In this document: positions 26,356-35,962 of the stretch, one piece after another
Numbering within the stretch: position 1 is the stretch's first letter
Layout: every line of letters starts with the position of its first letter
Notes under the pieces: model-generated
The model's database searches: none
The model's input: only the letters and a program-made list of their open reading frames with translations
What the model was told of the DNA's origin: nothing
Translations under genes and position numbers: made by a program
Assembly (NCBI GenBank): GCA_041661765.1
Contig: JBAZTV010000002.1
Span: 8,083-72,082, forward strand
Direction of reading: 5' to 3'
Source of the DNA: Candidatus Shapirobacteria bacterium
GTDB lineage: Bacteria; Patescibacteriota; Microgenomatia; UBA12405
Length of the DNA stretch: 64,000 nt

Positions 26356-26970
26356 TTACAATTCAATCTCAGGCCTATTTGGAACTTCCCAGTGATTCTC
26401 ACATCTGGATGTGTAAAAATTAGCACCAGCCACCAAAATAATTGGGCTATTATAAGGAGATGGTTTCCCGTCAACTAATCTTTGAGTAAAATAAGCCGGT
26501 TTTCTACAAATACTACCATCTTCGTTTTCATGGACACAAATAGCAGTTAAGTTAATTACTTTTTGAGCTAACCCCATTAATTTTGGTATGGGACCAAAAG
26601 GTTCACCTCTAAAATCTTGAATTAGGCCGGTTACTACCACATCTATACCTTTTTCCTTAGTCAAATAATTAATAACATCGACTATTTTTTCATCAAAAAA
26701 TTGACCTTCATCAATAAACACTTTTTCAATTAGTTTTGAGCTATTTTCAATATATTTAGCAATTTCTATAGAATTTTCTATCACTGTCGATTTAATACAA
26801 TGTCCATCATTAGTACAAATTTCATCAGCTTTATATCGGTTATCAATTTTCGGCTTAAAAACCGCAATTTTCATTTTTGAAATTAAAGCTAAGTCTATTT
26901 GTCTAACTAACTCACTTGTTTTACCAGAGAACATTGGTCCACAAATTACTTCAATTAATCCTGTTTTCAT
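26356..26970 (-). CDS. tdk: Thymidine kinase
   Basis: GPMFSGKTSEL P-loop, VIGIDEGQFF-like FIDEGQFF, and a C-terminal Zn ribbon (C..C...C..H). Start at MKTGLIEVICGPMFSGKT. Confidence 0.85.
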   Translation of the reverse strand: MKTGLIEVICGPMFSGKTSELVRQIDLALISKMKIAVFKPKIDNRYKADEICTNDGHCIKSTVIENSIEIAKYIENSSKLIEKVFIDEGQFFDEKIVDVINYLTKEKGIDVVVTGLIQDFRGEPFGPIPKLMGLAQKVINLTAICVHENEDGSICRKPAYFTQRLVDGKPSPYNSPIILVAGANFYTSRCENHWEVPNRPEIEL

Positions 26971-27106
26971 ATAACTACAGTTTAACCTAATTTTAATTTT
27001 TGACAAGAAAATACCCCAACAAACAACAAATTAAAAATTAACACCTAAGTGTAAATTAATAATTTAGTCATTTTGTTGGGGTTGAAATTAGTCGTTTGAT
27101 TGGAGA

Positions 27107-27376
27107 TTATTGATTTTTGTTAAACTCTCTTTCTACACACATAATAGAACAACTTGATTTACAAGTCACGCCATTATGACCAGGGATTTCCGTATTCTCG
27201 ATTGTTTCCAATGCTTGTTTTACTTCCAATGGCATATTGTTCCTTCTCGGTACTTCCTGAATACTCCACCATTTTTGGAAAATATAAAAAGCTCTTTTTG
27301 TTTCTCTTGGAAAACCTTCAATTATTACTGGTCCGATAGGAATTCCTCCTGAACACATAAAATCTTCTCCTTTCAA
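27107..27376 (-). CDS. Hypothetical small Cys-rich protein
   Basis: ORF only. Contains C...CKSSCSIMC. Confidence 0.3.
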   Translation of the reverse strand: MKGEDFMCSGGIPIGPVIIEGFPRETKRAFYIFQKWWSIQEVPRRNNMPLEVKQALETIENTEIPGHNGVTCKSSCSIMCVEREFNKNQ

Positions 27377-27524
27377 AACTAAATTTCAATGTACTAGCTT
27401 TCGCCTAACATTAGAATGATTATATCAAACAAAGCACATAAATCAATATTATAGGTAACCAATTTAATATATTAAAATTAATAATTTACCCAAACAAAAG
27501 ACGAAACCATGGTAAAATAGAAAC

Positions 27525-29516
27525 ATGCTTTTCCAGCTAAATTCACCATTTCAGCCATCAGGCGATCAACCTCAAGCTATCGACAAATTAGTCGATAATC
27601 TTTCGTCTGGAATCAAACGCCAAACCTTACTTGGTGTCACTGGTAGTGGAAAAACATTTACTATTGCCAACGTCATTCAGAAAACCCAATTACCAACTTT
27701 AATTATTTCCCACAATAAAACTTTAGCTGGTCAACTTTACCAAGAGTTTAAAGAACTTTTTCCCGATAACAAAGTTTCCTATTTTGTCTCCTATTATGAT
27801 TATTATCAACCTGAGGCTTATGTTCCAGCCTCTGACACCTACATTGCCAAAGAAGTTCAAATTAATGATTTAATTGACCGTCTTCGACTCGAAGCTTCAT
27901 CCAATCTTTTATCTGGTAATGACAATATCGTCATCGCATCGGTCAGTTGTATCTACAATATCGGCGATCCAACTGAATTTGAAAATCGAGCTTTAGACCT
28001 AAAAATAAGTAAAAATTATTCTCGTCGTCAACTTTTTGAATCTTTCATTAATCTTTTTTACACTCGTTCTGAATCAGAATTTAAACGTTCCACTTTTCGG
28101 GTCAGGGGAGAAACCATTGAAATTTGGCCATCCTACACCGATTCATTTTTGTCACTCGAGTTTCAAGACGAAAATCTAATTAAAATTACTCAAAATCACC
28201 CATTTTCCGGTCAACAAAAATTATTAGAAGATTTTAAACTTTTTCCAGCCAAACAATATGTCGGCGGTGACAAAAATTTAACCGAAGTTTTTAAAACTAT
28301 TAGAAAAGACTGTACTAAACAAGTCGAACTTTTTAAAAAGCAAAATAAAATTTTAGAAGCCCATCGAATCGAACAGCGGGTCGAATATGATTTAGAAATG
28401 CTCCAAGAAACCGGCTATATTAACGGCATTGAAAACTATTCAATTTATTTTGACAATAATCGAAAACCTGGCGATCCACCATATACTTTAATTGATTATT
28501 TCCGTCACCTATGGGGAGATAATTTTTTAACCATCATTGATGAATCACACGTTACTGTTCCTCAGGTTGGTGGTATGTTTGGCGGCGATTTTGCTCGCAA
28601 AACCAACTTAGTCGATTTTGGTTTTCGGCTACCGAGTGCTCTTGATAATCGACCATTAAAGTTTGAAGAATTTAATACAAGAACATCCAAAATTATTTAT
28701 GTTTCCGCTACTCCCTCAAAATACGAAATTGAAGATTCTAAAAAGCATATTATTGAGCAAATTATTCGCCCTACTGGTTTAGTTGATCCTCAAATCACTG
28801 TTAGACCCAGTAAAAATCAAATTCCAGATTTAATTGAAGAAATAAAAAAACGAGTTATTAAAAAAGAAAGAGTTTTAATTACTACTCTCACTAAGCGTAT
28901 GGCTGAAGATTTATCTGCTTTTTTATCCGATCCAGATAAAACCAGTACTGATTTTAAAGTTGCTTATCTTCATTCTGATATTGTCACTTTGGAACGTTCT
29001 AAAATTTTAGATGATTTACGTTCTGGAAATTATGATGTTTTAATTGGTATTAATCTTTTACGCGAAGGTCTAGATTTACCAGAAGTCAGTTTAGTTGCTA
29101 TTCTTGATGCCGATCAACAAGGATTTTTGAGATCAAAATCAGCTTTAATTCAAACCATGGGTCGAGCTTCTCGCCATCTCGACGGCCAGGTAATTTTATA
29201 TGCTGACTCTGTTTCTGATGCTATGGACGGAGCCATCAAAGAAGTCAATCGTCGCAGAAAAATCCAATTAAAATACAACAAAGACCATAACATTACTGCC
29301 CAATCAGTGGTAAAATCTATTCGTCCCCAAATCATTGAAATGATAAAAACCGAGACTAAACCAGAGTGGTTTAAGATTGATGTTTCATCTTTAACTCCAC
29401 CTCAACAATTTAAATATATTAAAGATCTAAAAAAACAAATGCGCAATTTTGCTTTTGCTTTAGATTTTGAAGAAGCCATTAAAATTAGAGACAAAATCAA
29501 AGAACTTGAAAAATAA
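27525..29516 (+). CDS. uvrB: Excinuclease ABC subunit B
   Basis: LLGVTGSGKTFT Walker A, helicase motifs, C-terminal UVR domain (...EEAIKIRDKIKELE). Confidence 0.9.
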   Translation: MLFQLNSPFQPSGDQPQAIDKLVDNLSSGIKRQTLLGVTGSGKTFTIANVIQKTQLPTLIISHNKTLAGQLYQEFKELFPDNKVSYFVSYYDYYQPEAYVPASDTYIAKEVQINDLIDRLRLEASSNLLSGNDNIVIASVSCIYNIGDPTEFENRALDLKISKNYSRRQLFESFINLFYTRSESEFKRSTFRVRGETIEIWPSYTDSFLSLEFQDENLIKITQNHPFSGQQKLLEDFKLFPAKQYVGGDKNLTEVFKTIRKDCTKQVELFKKQNKILEAHRIEQRVEYDLEMLQETGYINGIENYSIYFDNNRKPGDPPYTLIDYFRHLWGDNFLTIIDESHVTVPQVGGMFGGDFARKTNLVDFGFRLPSALDNRPLKFEEFNTRTSKIIYVSATPSKYEIEDSKKHIIEQIIRPTGLVDPQITVRPSKNQIPDLIEEIKKRVIKKERVLITTLTKRMAEDLSAFLSDPDKTSTDFKVAYLHSDIVTLERSKILDDLRSGNYDVLIGINLLREGLDLPEVSLVAILDADQQGFLRSKSALIQTMGRASRHLDGQVILYADSVSDAMDGAIKEVNRRRKIQLKYNKDHNITAQSVVKSIRPQIIEMIKTETKPEWFKIDVSSLTPPQQFKYIKDLKKQMRNFAFALDFEEAIKIRDKIKELEK

Positions 29517-29525
29517 TAATTTAAT

Positions 29526-29564
29526 ATCTTGTAGAGACGTCCCGGCGGGGCGTCTCTACAAGAT
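29526..29564. repeat. Intergenic 14-bp-stem palindrome atcttgtagagacg-tcccggcgggg-cgtctctacaagat, related to the in-frame dus palindrome
   Basis: Shares the tgtagagacg core. No flanking T-run in either orientation. Confidence 0.6.
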
Positions 29565-29581
29565 CAAAAACCAACACAAAA

Positions 29582-32254
29582 ATGCTAGACAAAATAATCG
29601 TTAAAGGTGCTCGAGAAAACAATCTAAAAAATATTTCTTTCGAGTTTCCCAAAAATAAAATGACCGTTTTTACTGGAGTTTCCGGCTCTGGTAAATCTAG
29701 TATGGCTTTTGACACTCTTTTTGCCGAAGGTCAGCGTCGCTATGTCGAAAGTTTGTCGTCATATGCTCGTCAATTTTTAGGCAATATGAAACGGCCAGAC
29801 ATTGATTTAATTGAAGGATTATCTCCATCTATCGCCATAAATCAAAAAGCTATTTCTCATAATCCTCGTTCCACTGTTGGCACTGTCACTGAAATTTATG
29901 ATTATCTTCGTTTACTCTTTGCCAGAATTGGTCATCCACATTGTCCAAATTGTGGTCGCGAAGTTTCCCCTCAAACAAGTAAACAAATTGTTACTCAAAT
30001 TTTAGACATCGCCCGTCTTCAAGCTCACGGCTTAAACATATATCGAATTTTAATTTTAGCCCCAATTGTTCGTGATAAAAAAGGCGATTTTCATGGTTTA
30101 GTTGAAAATTTAAGAAAACAAGGTTATAAATGGCTCCGTGTTGACAATCATATTATCGATCTTTATTCAGATTTTGGCATTGCCAAAACAAATAAGCACA
30201 ATATAGACACTGTCGTTGACCGACTTTCTATTAATAAAGATAATTTTAAAGATGAAAAAGCTATTTATGATCGTCTTATTAATGATGTTGAACAGGCCAT
30301 GAAACTATCCAATGGTCTAATTATTGTTTCTGAAGTTAAAGATCCAGGTTTTACTTTTCCTGATAATCCAAAAGAAATGGCGGACACTCTTTATTCAGAA
30401 AATTATGCCTGTCCTATCTGTAATATTTCACTCCCAGAAATTGAACCACGTCTTTTTTCTTTCAATTCTCCTCAAGGCGCCTGTCACGAATGTAAAGGTC
30501 TCGGATCCAAATTTCAAATCGATCGTTCCCAATTCCCCGAGTGGAAAGCCAAAATGCTCGAGGGTCGTTATATCAGTTCTCAAAGCGATGGAGTTCGCGA
30601 AGAACTGGAAAAATTTATGATTAAAGAAGAATGTTCAGCTTGTCACGGTTCTCGTCTTAATTCAGAAGCTTTATCGATCACTGTTTTAGGAAAAACAATT
30701 TACGAGATATCCACTCTTCCCATCGAAAAACTTGAAATTTGGATTAATAATCTTGAATTAGAATTACAAAATAACATAGAAAAAGAAATTGTTGCTCCCA
30801 TAAAAAAAGAGTTATTTGGTCGATTACAATTTTTATTGGCTGTTGGCCTTGATTATTTAAGTCTTGATCGTGAAGCTGGAACCCTATCCAGCGGTGAATC
30901 TCAGCGCATTCGTTTAGCTAGTCAAATTGGCACTGGGTTGACTGGAGTTTTATACATTCTCGATGAACCAACCATAGGTCTCCATTCTCGTGACAACGAT
31001 CGTCTCATCGGTACTCTCAAAAAATTAAAAGATTTAGGCAACACTGTTGTTGTTGTAGAACACGACGAAGATGTCATTAAAAATGCCGATCATATCGTTG
31101 ATTTTGGCCTCTATGCCGGAAAGCTTGGTGGTGAAATTGTTGCCCAAGGCAGTTTGGAAGAAATAAAAAATAATAATAATTCTTTAACCGGAAAATATTT
31201 ATCAGGTAAATTAAAAATCGAATCAAAAACTAAAGATGTCCCCCTTGTCAAAGGGGGATTTAGGGGGATTGAAATCACCAACGCTCGTCAATGGAATTTA
31301 AAAAATATAAATGTCGAATTTCCTCTCAATAAATTAATTTGTGTCACTGGTGTCTCTGGTTCAGGTAAATCAACTTTAATTCATGACACACTTTATGGTG
31401 GCGTTCGCAAATCTACCCTCGGTGTTTATTATGGAACCATTGGTCAGTTCGATAAAATAACTGGTTGTGAAAATGTTTCAGATGTTCTTCTGGTTGATCA
31501 ATCTCCAATTGGTCGCACTCCAAGGAGTAATCCCGCCACCTATACCAAAGTTTTCGACGATATTCGTGTTTTAATGGCTCAAACCATTGAAGCCAAATTA
31601 CACGGTTTCAGTCAGAGTCGTTTTTCTTTCAATGTCAAAGATGGTCGCTGTCCAGTTTGTGAAGGTCAAGGTCAAATAAAAATTGAAATGCAATTTTTGT
31701 CCGATATTTACGTTACTTGCGATGAATGTCACGGCAGTCGTTTTAAAGAGGAAACGTTAGAAGTCGATTATAAAGGAAAAAATATTGCTGAAATTTTAAA
31801 AATGACTATCGACGAAGCTCTTGAGTTTTTTAAAAATATTCCAAGTTTAAGGCGAAAATTAACTACCATTCAAGATGTAGGTCTTGGTTATTTAGAATTA
31901 GGTCAACCATCTAACACTCTTTCTGGAGGAGAATCTCAACGACTCAAAATCAGTCGTGAATTAGTCAAAAAATTTGATGGAAAAATGCTTTATATTCTCG
32001 ACGAACCAACCACTGGTCTTCATTTTTACGATGTCGATAAATTAATTAAAGTTTTGCGTCAATTAGTTAATAACGGTAATACTGTCGTTCTAATCGAACA
32101 CAATTTAGATGTTATCAAAAATTCAGATTGGATCATTGATCTCGGTCCAGAAGGTGGTGAAAAGGGTGGGGAAGTTGTTGCCATCGGTACCGTCCAAGAT
32201 GTAATGAAAGTTGCCAAAAGTTACACCGGTCAATATCTTAAAAAATCAACCTAA
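29582..32254 (+). CDS. uvrA: Excinuclease ABC subunit A
   Basis: Two ABC ATPase modules (GVSGSGKSS... and GVSGSGKST...) and Zn-finger CxxC pairs. Confidence 0.9.
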   Translation: MLDKIIVKGARENNLKNISFEFPKNKMTVFTGVSGSGKSSMAFDTLFAEGQRRYVESLSSYARQFLGNMKRPDIDLIEGLSPSIAINQKAISHNPRSTVGTVTEIYDYLRLLFARIGHPHCPNCGREVSPQTSKQIVTQILDIARLQAHGLNIYRILILAPIVRDKKGDFHGLVENLRKQGYKWLRVDNHIIDLYSDFGIAKTNKHNIDTVVDRLSINKDNFKDEKAIYDRLINDVEQAMKLSNGLIIVSEVKDPGFTFPDNPKEMADTLYSENYACPICNISLPEIEPRLFSFNSPQGACHECKGLGSKFQIDRSQFPEWKAKMLEGRYISSQSDGVREELEKFMIKEECSACHGSRLNSEALSITVLGKTIYEISTLPIEKLEIWINNLELELQNNIEKEIVAPIKKELFGRLQFLLAVGLDYLSLDREAGTLSSGESQRIRLASQIGTGLTGVLYILDEPTIGLHSRDNDRLIGTLKKLKDLGNTVVVVEHDEDVIKNADHIVDFGLYAGKLGGEIVAQGSLEEIKNNNNSLTGKYLSGKLKIESKTKDVPLVKGGFRGIEITNARQWNLKNINVEFPLNKLICVTGVSGSGKSTLIHDTLYGGVRKSTLGVYYGTIGQFDKITGCENVSDVLLVDQSPIGRTPRSNPATYTKVFDDIRVLMAQTIEAKLHGFSQSRFSFNVKDGRCPVCEGQGQIKIEMQFLSDIYVTCDECHGSRFKEETLEVDYKGKNIAEILKMTIDEALEFFKNIPSLRRKLTTIQDVGLGYLELGQPSNTLSGGESQRLKISRELVKKFDGKMLYILDEPTTGLHFYDVDKLIKVLRQLVNNGNTVVLIEHNLDVIKNSDWIIDLGPEGGEKGGEVVAIGTVQDVMKVAKSYTGQYLKKST

Positions 32255-33771
32255 TCATTACACAATTTCCTGATCTCTACGATTGTCCGCCAATTTGTTT
32301 CCCATTTTTCCACTGTGCAATATCTTTCAAATTGATTTAACCAACCAACATAACTATTTTTCATTTCATAAATCAAAGCAATTTTTCCAGTTTTATTTTC
32401 TCTAATATTTTTATAAAACTCAGATTGAGTTCTAAAATATTCTGGTACTTCAACTAAACTATAAGAAACTTTATTCGGCATATATTCATATTTTTTAGTA
32501 CCATACCACCAATAAAGATATTGGTTGGGATAATCATAAACCTCTGGAACATAATTGTAAGCCTCAAACCCATCGCCATTCATTTTTTGATAAACCCAAT
32601 CAATATTTTTTATTAAATTATTTAAATTTTTTGGATCATCAGTTGTCTTTTTTTGAACAAATTGCCATTGATCCACACCTACCCGATAAAAATTTATGGT
32701 CAATAAAACAATTAATAATACTCCGGCTAATTTTTTATATCTATTAATATTAACCAAAGCAATTCCTACCACAAAGCAATACCAAACTCTTAGACTCTCT
32801 AAATACCATATTTTTAATTCATGATGATAAATTGTCGTATAAAAAGCGAATACAAATATCAAAAATCCCAAGAAATAAAGTCCATATTTGCGATATTTTT
32901 TATTTACTAAAATCAATATTATCGATAATAATAATAAAATTAATCCGTATCCATTTGGTAATATAAATTGTCCCTCAAAAAATTGTTTTATTGTTTTCCA
33001 ATGAGATTCAATTACTTGTCCAATTGCCAATTTATCGCCCAAAACATCATTACTGCCACTAAATATCCCCAAAAGAAGTTTCGTCATTTGAAACTTATTT
33101 TTTATTTCAAGCGCTATTTGTGGCAAAAACCAAGGTATTAATCCTACTAAAAAAAATTTCCAAGTTTTAATTTTTTTGTTTAAAACTACTATTAATACCG
33201 AAAAAATTAAACAAACAATTCCAAAAGCTGCCTCAAATTGAGTCAAAAGACCACTGGTTATTCCCAGCCATAAAACTGATTTTTTATCCTTTTTATTCAA
33301 AAAATTCAACAAAGCTAAAAAGAAATAAACGCTTAGATATGTCGCCATATTAGCATTCCAAAAATATCTAGTAGTGTTAAAAAGTTGTGGTGACATTAAA
33401 AAAAATATCGATATCAACAATCCTAAGGTTATATTTTTTTTCTTAAAAAACCAAAAAATAAATCCACCTGTAAACAAAAAACCCAAAATATTCCAATAAA
33501 CCAATATTTGTGGATCACCACCACCCAACCAATATGCTGGTAAGTTAAAGTAATAATAAAAAGGTCCCAACCTTAGACCATTAATTGAAGTTGTTGGTCC
33601 TAATACTGCCAAGTCCTTAAATTCACCTAAGGCTCTTATATCCAATAAATCTCTCGCCTGATCATAAGTAAAAGCAGTATTATAATCATTAGTTTGATTA
33701 AATCTAATAATTCCAGAAAGCACCAGAATAACTCCAAAAACTATTGTCAATATCTTTTCTTTAAGTTTCAT
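32251..33771 (-). CDS. ArnT/PMT-like GT-C membrane glycosyltransferase (GT83/GT39-like)
   Basis: N-terminal TM, then DQARDLL...GP.TS..G...GPFYYY motif. 11+ TM helices. Confidence 0.65.
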   Translation of the reverse strand: MKLKEKILTIVFGVILVLSGIIRFNQTNDYNTAFTYDQARDLLDIRALGEFKDLAVLGPTTSINGLRLGPFYYYFNLPAYWLGGGDPQILVYWNILGFLFTGGFIFWFFKKKNITLGLLISIFFLMSPQLFNTTRYFWNANMATYLSVYFFLALLNFLNKKDKKSVLWLGITSGLLTQFEAAFGIVCLIFSVLIVVLNKKIKTWKFFLVGLIPWFLPQIALEIKNKFQMTKLLLGIFSGSNDVLGDKLAIGQVIESHWKTIKQFFEGQFILPNGYGLILLLLSIILILVNKKYRKYGLYFLGFLIFVFAFYTTIYHHELKIWYLESLRVWYCFVVGIALVNINRYKKLAGVLLIVLLTINFYRVGVDQWQFVQKKTTDDPKNLNNLIKNIDWVYQKMNGDGFEAYNYVPEVYDYPNQYLYWWYGTKKYEYMPNKVSYSLVEVPEYFRTQSEFYKNIRENKTGKIALIYEMKNSYVGWLNQFERYCTVEKWETNWRTIVEIRKLCND

Positions 33772-33792
33772 TCTTTCATTATATAATACCTT

Positions 33793-35034
33793 GTGATCGA
33801 TTTAACTAAAATTCCATCATCCCCAGGTGTTTATATTTACAAAAATTCCGACAATAAAATAATTTACATCGGTAAGGCCGTCAATTTAAAAAAACGGGTT
33901 TCTCAATATTTTAAAGGAGATGAAGCCCTCGGCTATAAAACCAAAAAATTAGTTTCCCAAATCACCAAAATTGATTTTCAAATTGTCAGTTCCGAAATCG
34001 AAGCCTTAATTTTAGAGTCAAGTTTAATTAAACAATACCGCCCCAAATTTAATTCCCAATTAAAAGACGATAAAAGCTATATTTACATCACTTTTTCTAA
34101 AGACAAAATTCCTTTAATTAAATCTGCTTTTAAATCAAATTTAAATAAAAATGCTTTTTTTTATGGCCCCTTTCCTGATTCCTCCGCTGTTAAAAATCTT
34201 TTAAAAACAATAAAGACTATATTTCCTTTTTATTCGTCAATTCACAGTCCTAAAAAATGCCTTTATTGTCATTTAAATCTATGTCCCGGCCCAAATCCTA
34301 ACATTAAAGAATATAAAAAAAATATTCTCAAAATTAAAAATATTTTAAATGGCAATTTTCCTAAATTAATTTTTAAATTGGAAAAAGAGATGATCGTTTT
34401 TTCTAAATCTCAAAATTTTGAGCTAGCTAAAACTCGTCGTGATCAAATTAATTCATTAAAATACATCATTTCTGGCTGGAAAAATCTAAGTAATTTATAT
34501 CAAAAAGTTGATCTTCAAGAAGACCAAACCAGTAAAGCGCTTCGTGATTTAAAAACAATCTTATCGCCTTATTTCCCCAGTTTAAAAAATATTAATCGCT
34601 TTGAAGCTTATGATATTTCCAATTCAGGTTCTAAATATTTTGTCGGATCTATGACCGTTTTTCAGCAGGGGAGAATAACTAAAAATGAATATCGTAAATT
34701 TAAAATTTATTCTAAAATTACTCCTGATGATCAATTTATGATCAAAGAAATTATTTATCGTCGCCTTAAACATCCCGAATGGCAATTTCCTGATTTTATT
34801 TTAGTCGATGGCGGCAAACCCCAAGTTTCCGCAGCTAATTCCGTTTCAAAAATTCCAATTATAGGTTTAGCCAAAAAACAAGAAATAATAGTTATTAAAA
34901 TAGGGGATTCTTGGGAAGAAATTAAATTATCAAAAAACTCCCCTTCTCTTCAACTCCTCCAACAACTTCGCGACGAAGCCCATCGTTTTTCAAATAAATT
35001 TAGAAAAGAATTAATATCCAAGACATTGTTCTAA
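33793..35034 (+). CDS. uvrC: Excinuclease ABC subunit C, short form (GIY-YIG plus RNase-H-like endonuclease region; no C-terminal HhH)
   Basis: GVYIYKNSDNKIIYIGKAVNLKKRVSQYF GIY-YIG motif. Central ...FILVDGGKPQVSAA...GLAKK.E... and ...LQQLRDEAHRFS. Confidence 0.75.
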   Translation: MIDLTKIPSSPGVYIYKNSDNKIIYIGKAVNLKKRVSQYFKGDEALGYKTKKLVSQITKIDFQIVSSEIEALILESSLIKQYRPKFNSQLKDDKSYIYITFSKDKIPLIKSAFKSNLNKNAFFYGPFPDSSAVKNLLKTIKTIFPFYSSIHSPKKCLYCHLNLCPGPNPNIKEYKKNILKIKNILNGNFPKLIFKLEKEMIVFSKSQNFELAKTRRDQINSLKYIISGWKNLSNLYQKVDLQEDQTSKALRDLKTILSPYFPSLKNINRFEAYDISNSGSKYFVGSMTVFQQGRITKNEYRKFKIYSKITPDDQFMIKEIIYRRLKHPEWQFPDFILVDGGKPQVSAANSVSKIPIIGLAKKQEIIVIKIGDSWEEIKLSKNSPSLQLLQQLRDEAHRFSNKFRKELISKTLF

Positions 35035-35077
35035 TAAAATTTGATATTATCGGATCTAATTATATTAAAACAATAAA

Positions 35078-35962
35078 ATGAGTCTTAAAGAATTCCCTTC
35101 CGTTCAAAATCGTATAGAGTTCCTTTCTGAATATGTCCAAAAACCTGAAGCCGTAATTTTTAATACAGATGAAATCTATTCCTATTTATCAGATGAAAAT
35201 AAAGAATTTTTATCTCCACTTTCCAATCATTTTGAAACCTATTTAAATTGTCTTACGAATGTAATTCGTTGGAAAGAACATCCTTATCAAAAACTTACCC
35301 AAAAATTAAACGATACGGATTATGACCACACTTTGGAAATGCTCAAAATTAGTAGAGATATTAAAAATTTAAATTTTAATTCTATAAATTTTAGCGATGT
35401 TGAGCTTATAACATTAATCCATGATGGTGGTGAAATTATTACTGATGACATTTCCGCCAATCATATTGCAACCAATCAGCCATTAGCTGATATTAAAAAA
35501 CTAGAACCAAGAGTGTTTGTTTCATGTGTTTTAAATCAACTCAAAGAAAAAGAATTTTTTATTCTTAGAAAAAAAATTAGAAATTTATATAAAAGATATG
35601 AATCTCGTCATAATAATTTTTCTGATACTGAATCACATTTAGTTAAACTAATTGATATTTTTCAAGGTGATAACTTTGGATTGGAAAATGTTTATTCAAA
35701 AACTAAATTAGATAAAGCATACGGCGACGATATTTTTACCAGTCCAGACAATTTTTTATCAGAAAGAATTAATAAAGAAATTTCTCAACTAAAAATTGTT
35801 CTAGACAGTTTAAAAGATCCCCAAGAAAAATCTAAACTTTTCTTTTATTATAAAAATCAACAGTTTGTAAAATTTTCAAATCCAGATTATGGCTTTCAAA
35901 AAATATTTGATAATTTTTCACCCACTGTTTGTTCTATTGGTCAAACTTTACCATCTTTCTAA
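35078..35962 (+). CDS. Hypothetical protein, possible HD-domain hydrolase
   Basis: ...LITLIHDGGEIITDDI... resembles the HD/YfbR-type H-D..E...GD motif. Weak. Confidence 0.3.
   Translation: MSLKEFPSVQNRIEFLSEYVQKPEAVIFNTDEIYSYLSDENKEFLSPLSNHFETYLNCLTNVIRWKEHPYQKLTQKLNDTDYDHTLEMLKISRDIKNLNFNSINFSDVELITLIHDGGEIITDDISANHIATNQPLADIKKLEPRVFVSCVLNQLKEKEFFILRKKIRNLYKRYESRHNNFSDTESHLVKLIDIFQGDNFGLENVYSKTKLDKAYGDDIFTSPDNFLSERINKEISQLKIVLDSLKDPQEKSKLFFYYKNQQFVKFSNPDYGFQKIFDNFSPTVCSIGQTLPSF

Noticed and set aside
27012-27082. 11-bp inverted repeat ccccaacaaaa ... ttttgttgggg with a ~45-nt loop between tdk and 27107-27376
   Set aside because: It could terminate the small minus-strand gene, but no T-run follows on that strand and there is a single occurrence. 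Not enough to call.
29521-29715. 64-aa minus-strand ORF spanning the uvrB-uvrA intergenic palindrome and the uvrA start
   Set aside because: It overlaps the uvrA N-terminus antisense and is created by the palindromic element. No support as a gene.
5940-34990. Additional matches to the tRNA fragment 9-mer cgacgaagc inside dus (about 5957) and uvrC (about 34962)
   Set aside because: They encode D-E-A in unrelated proteins. Chance 9-mer matches, not copies of the tRNA fragment.
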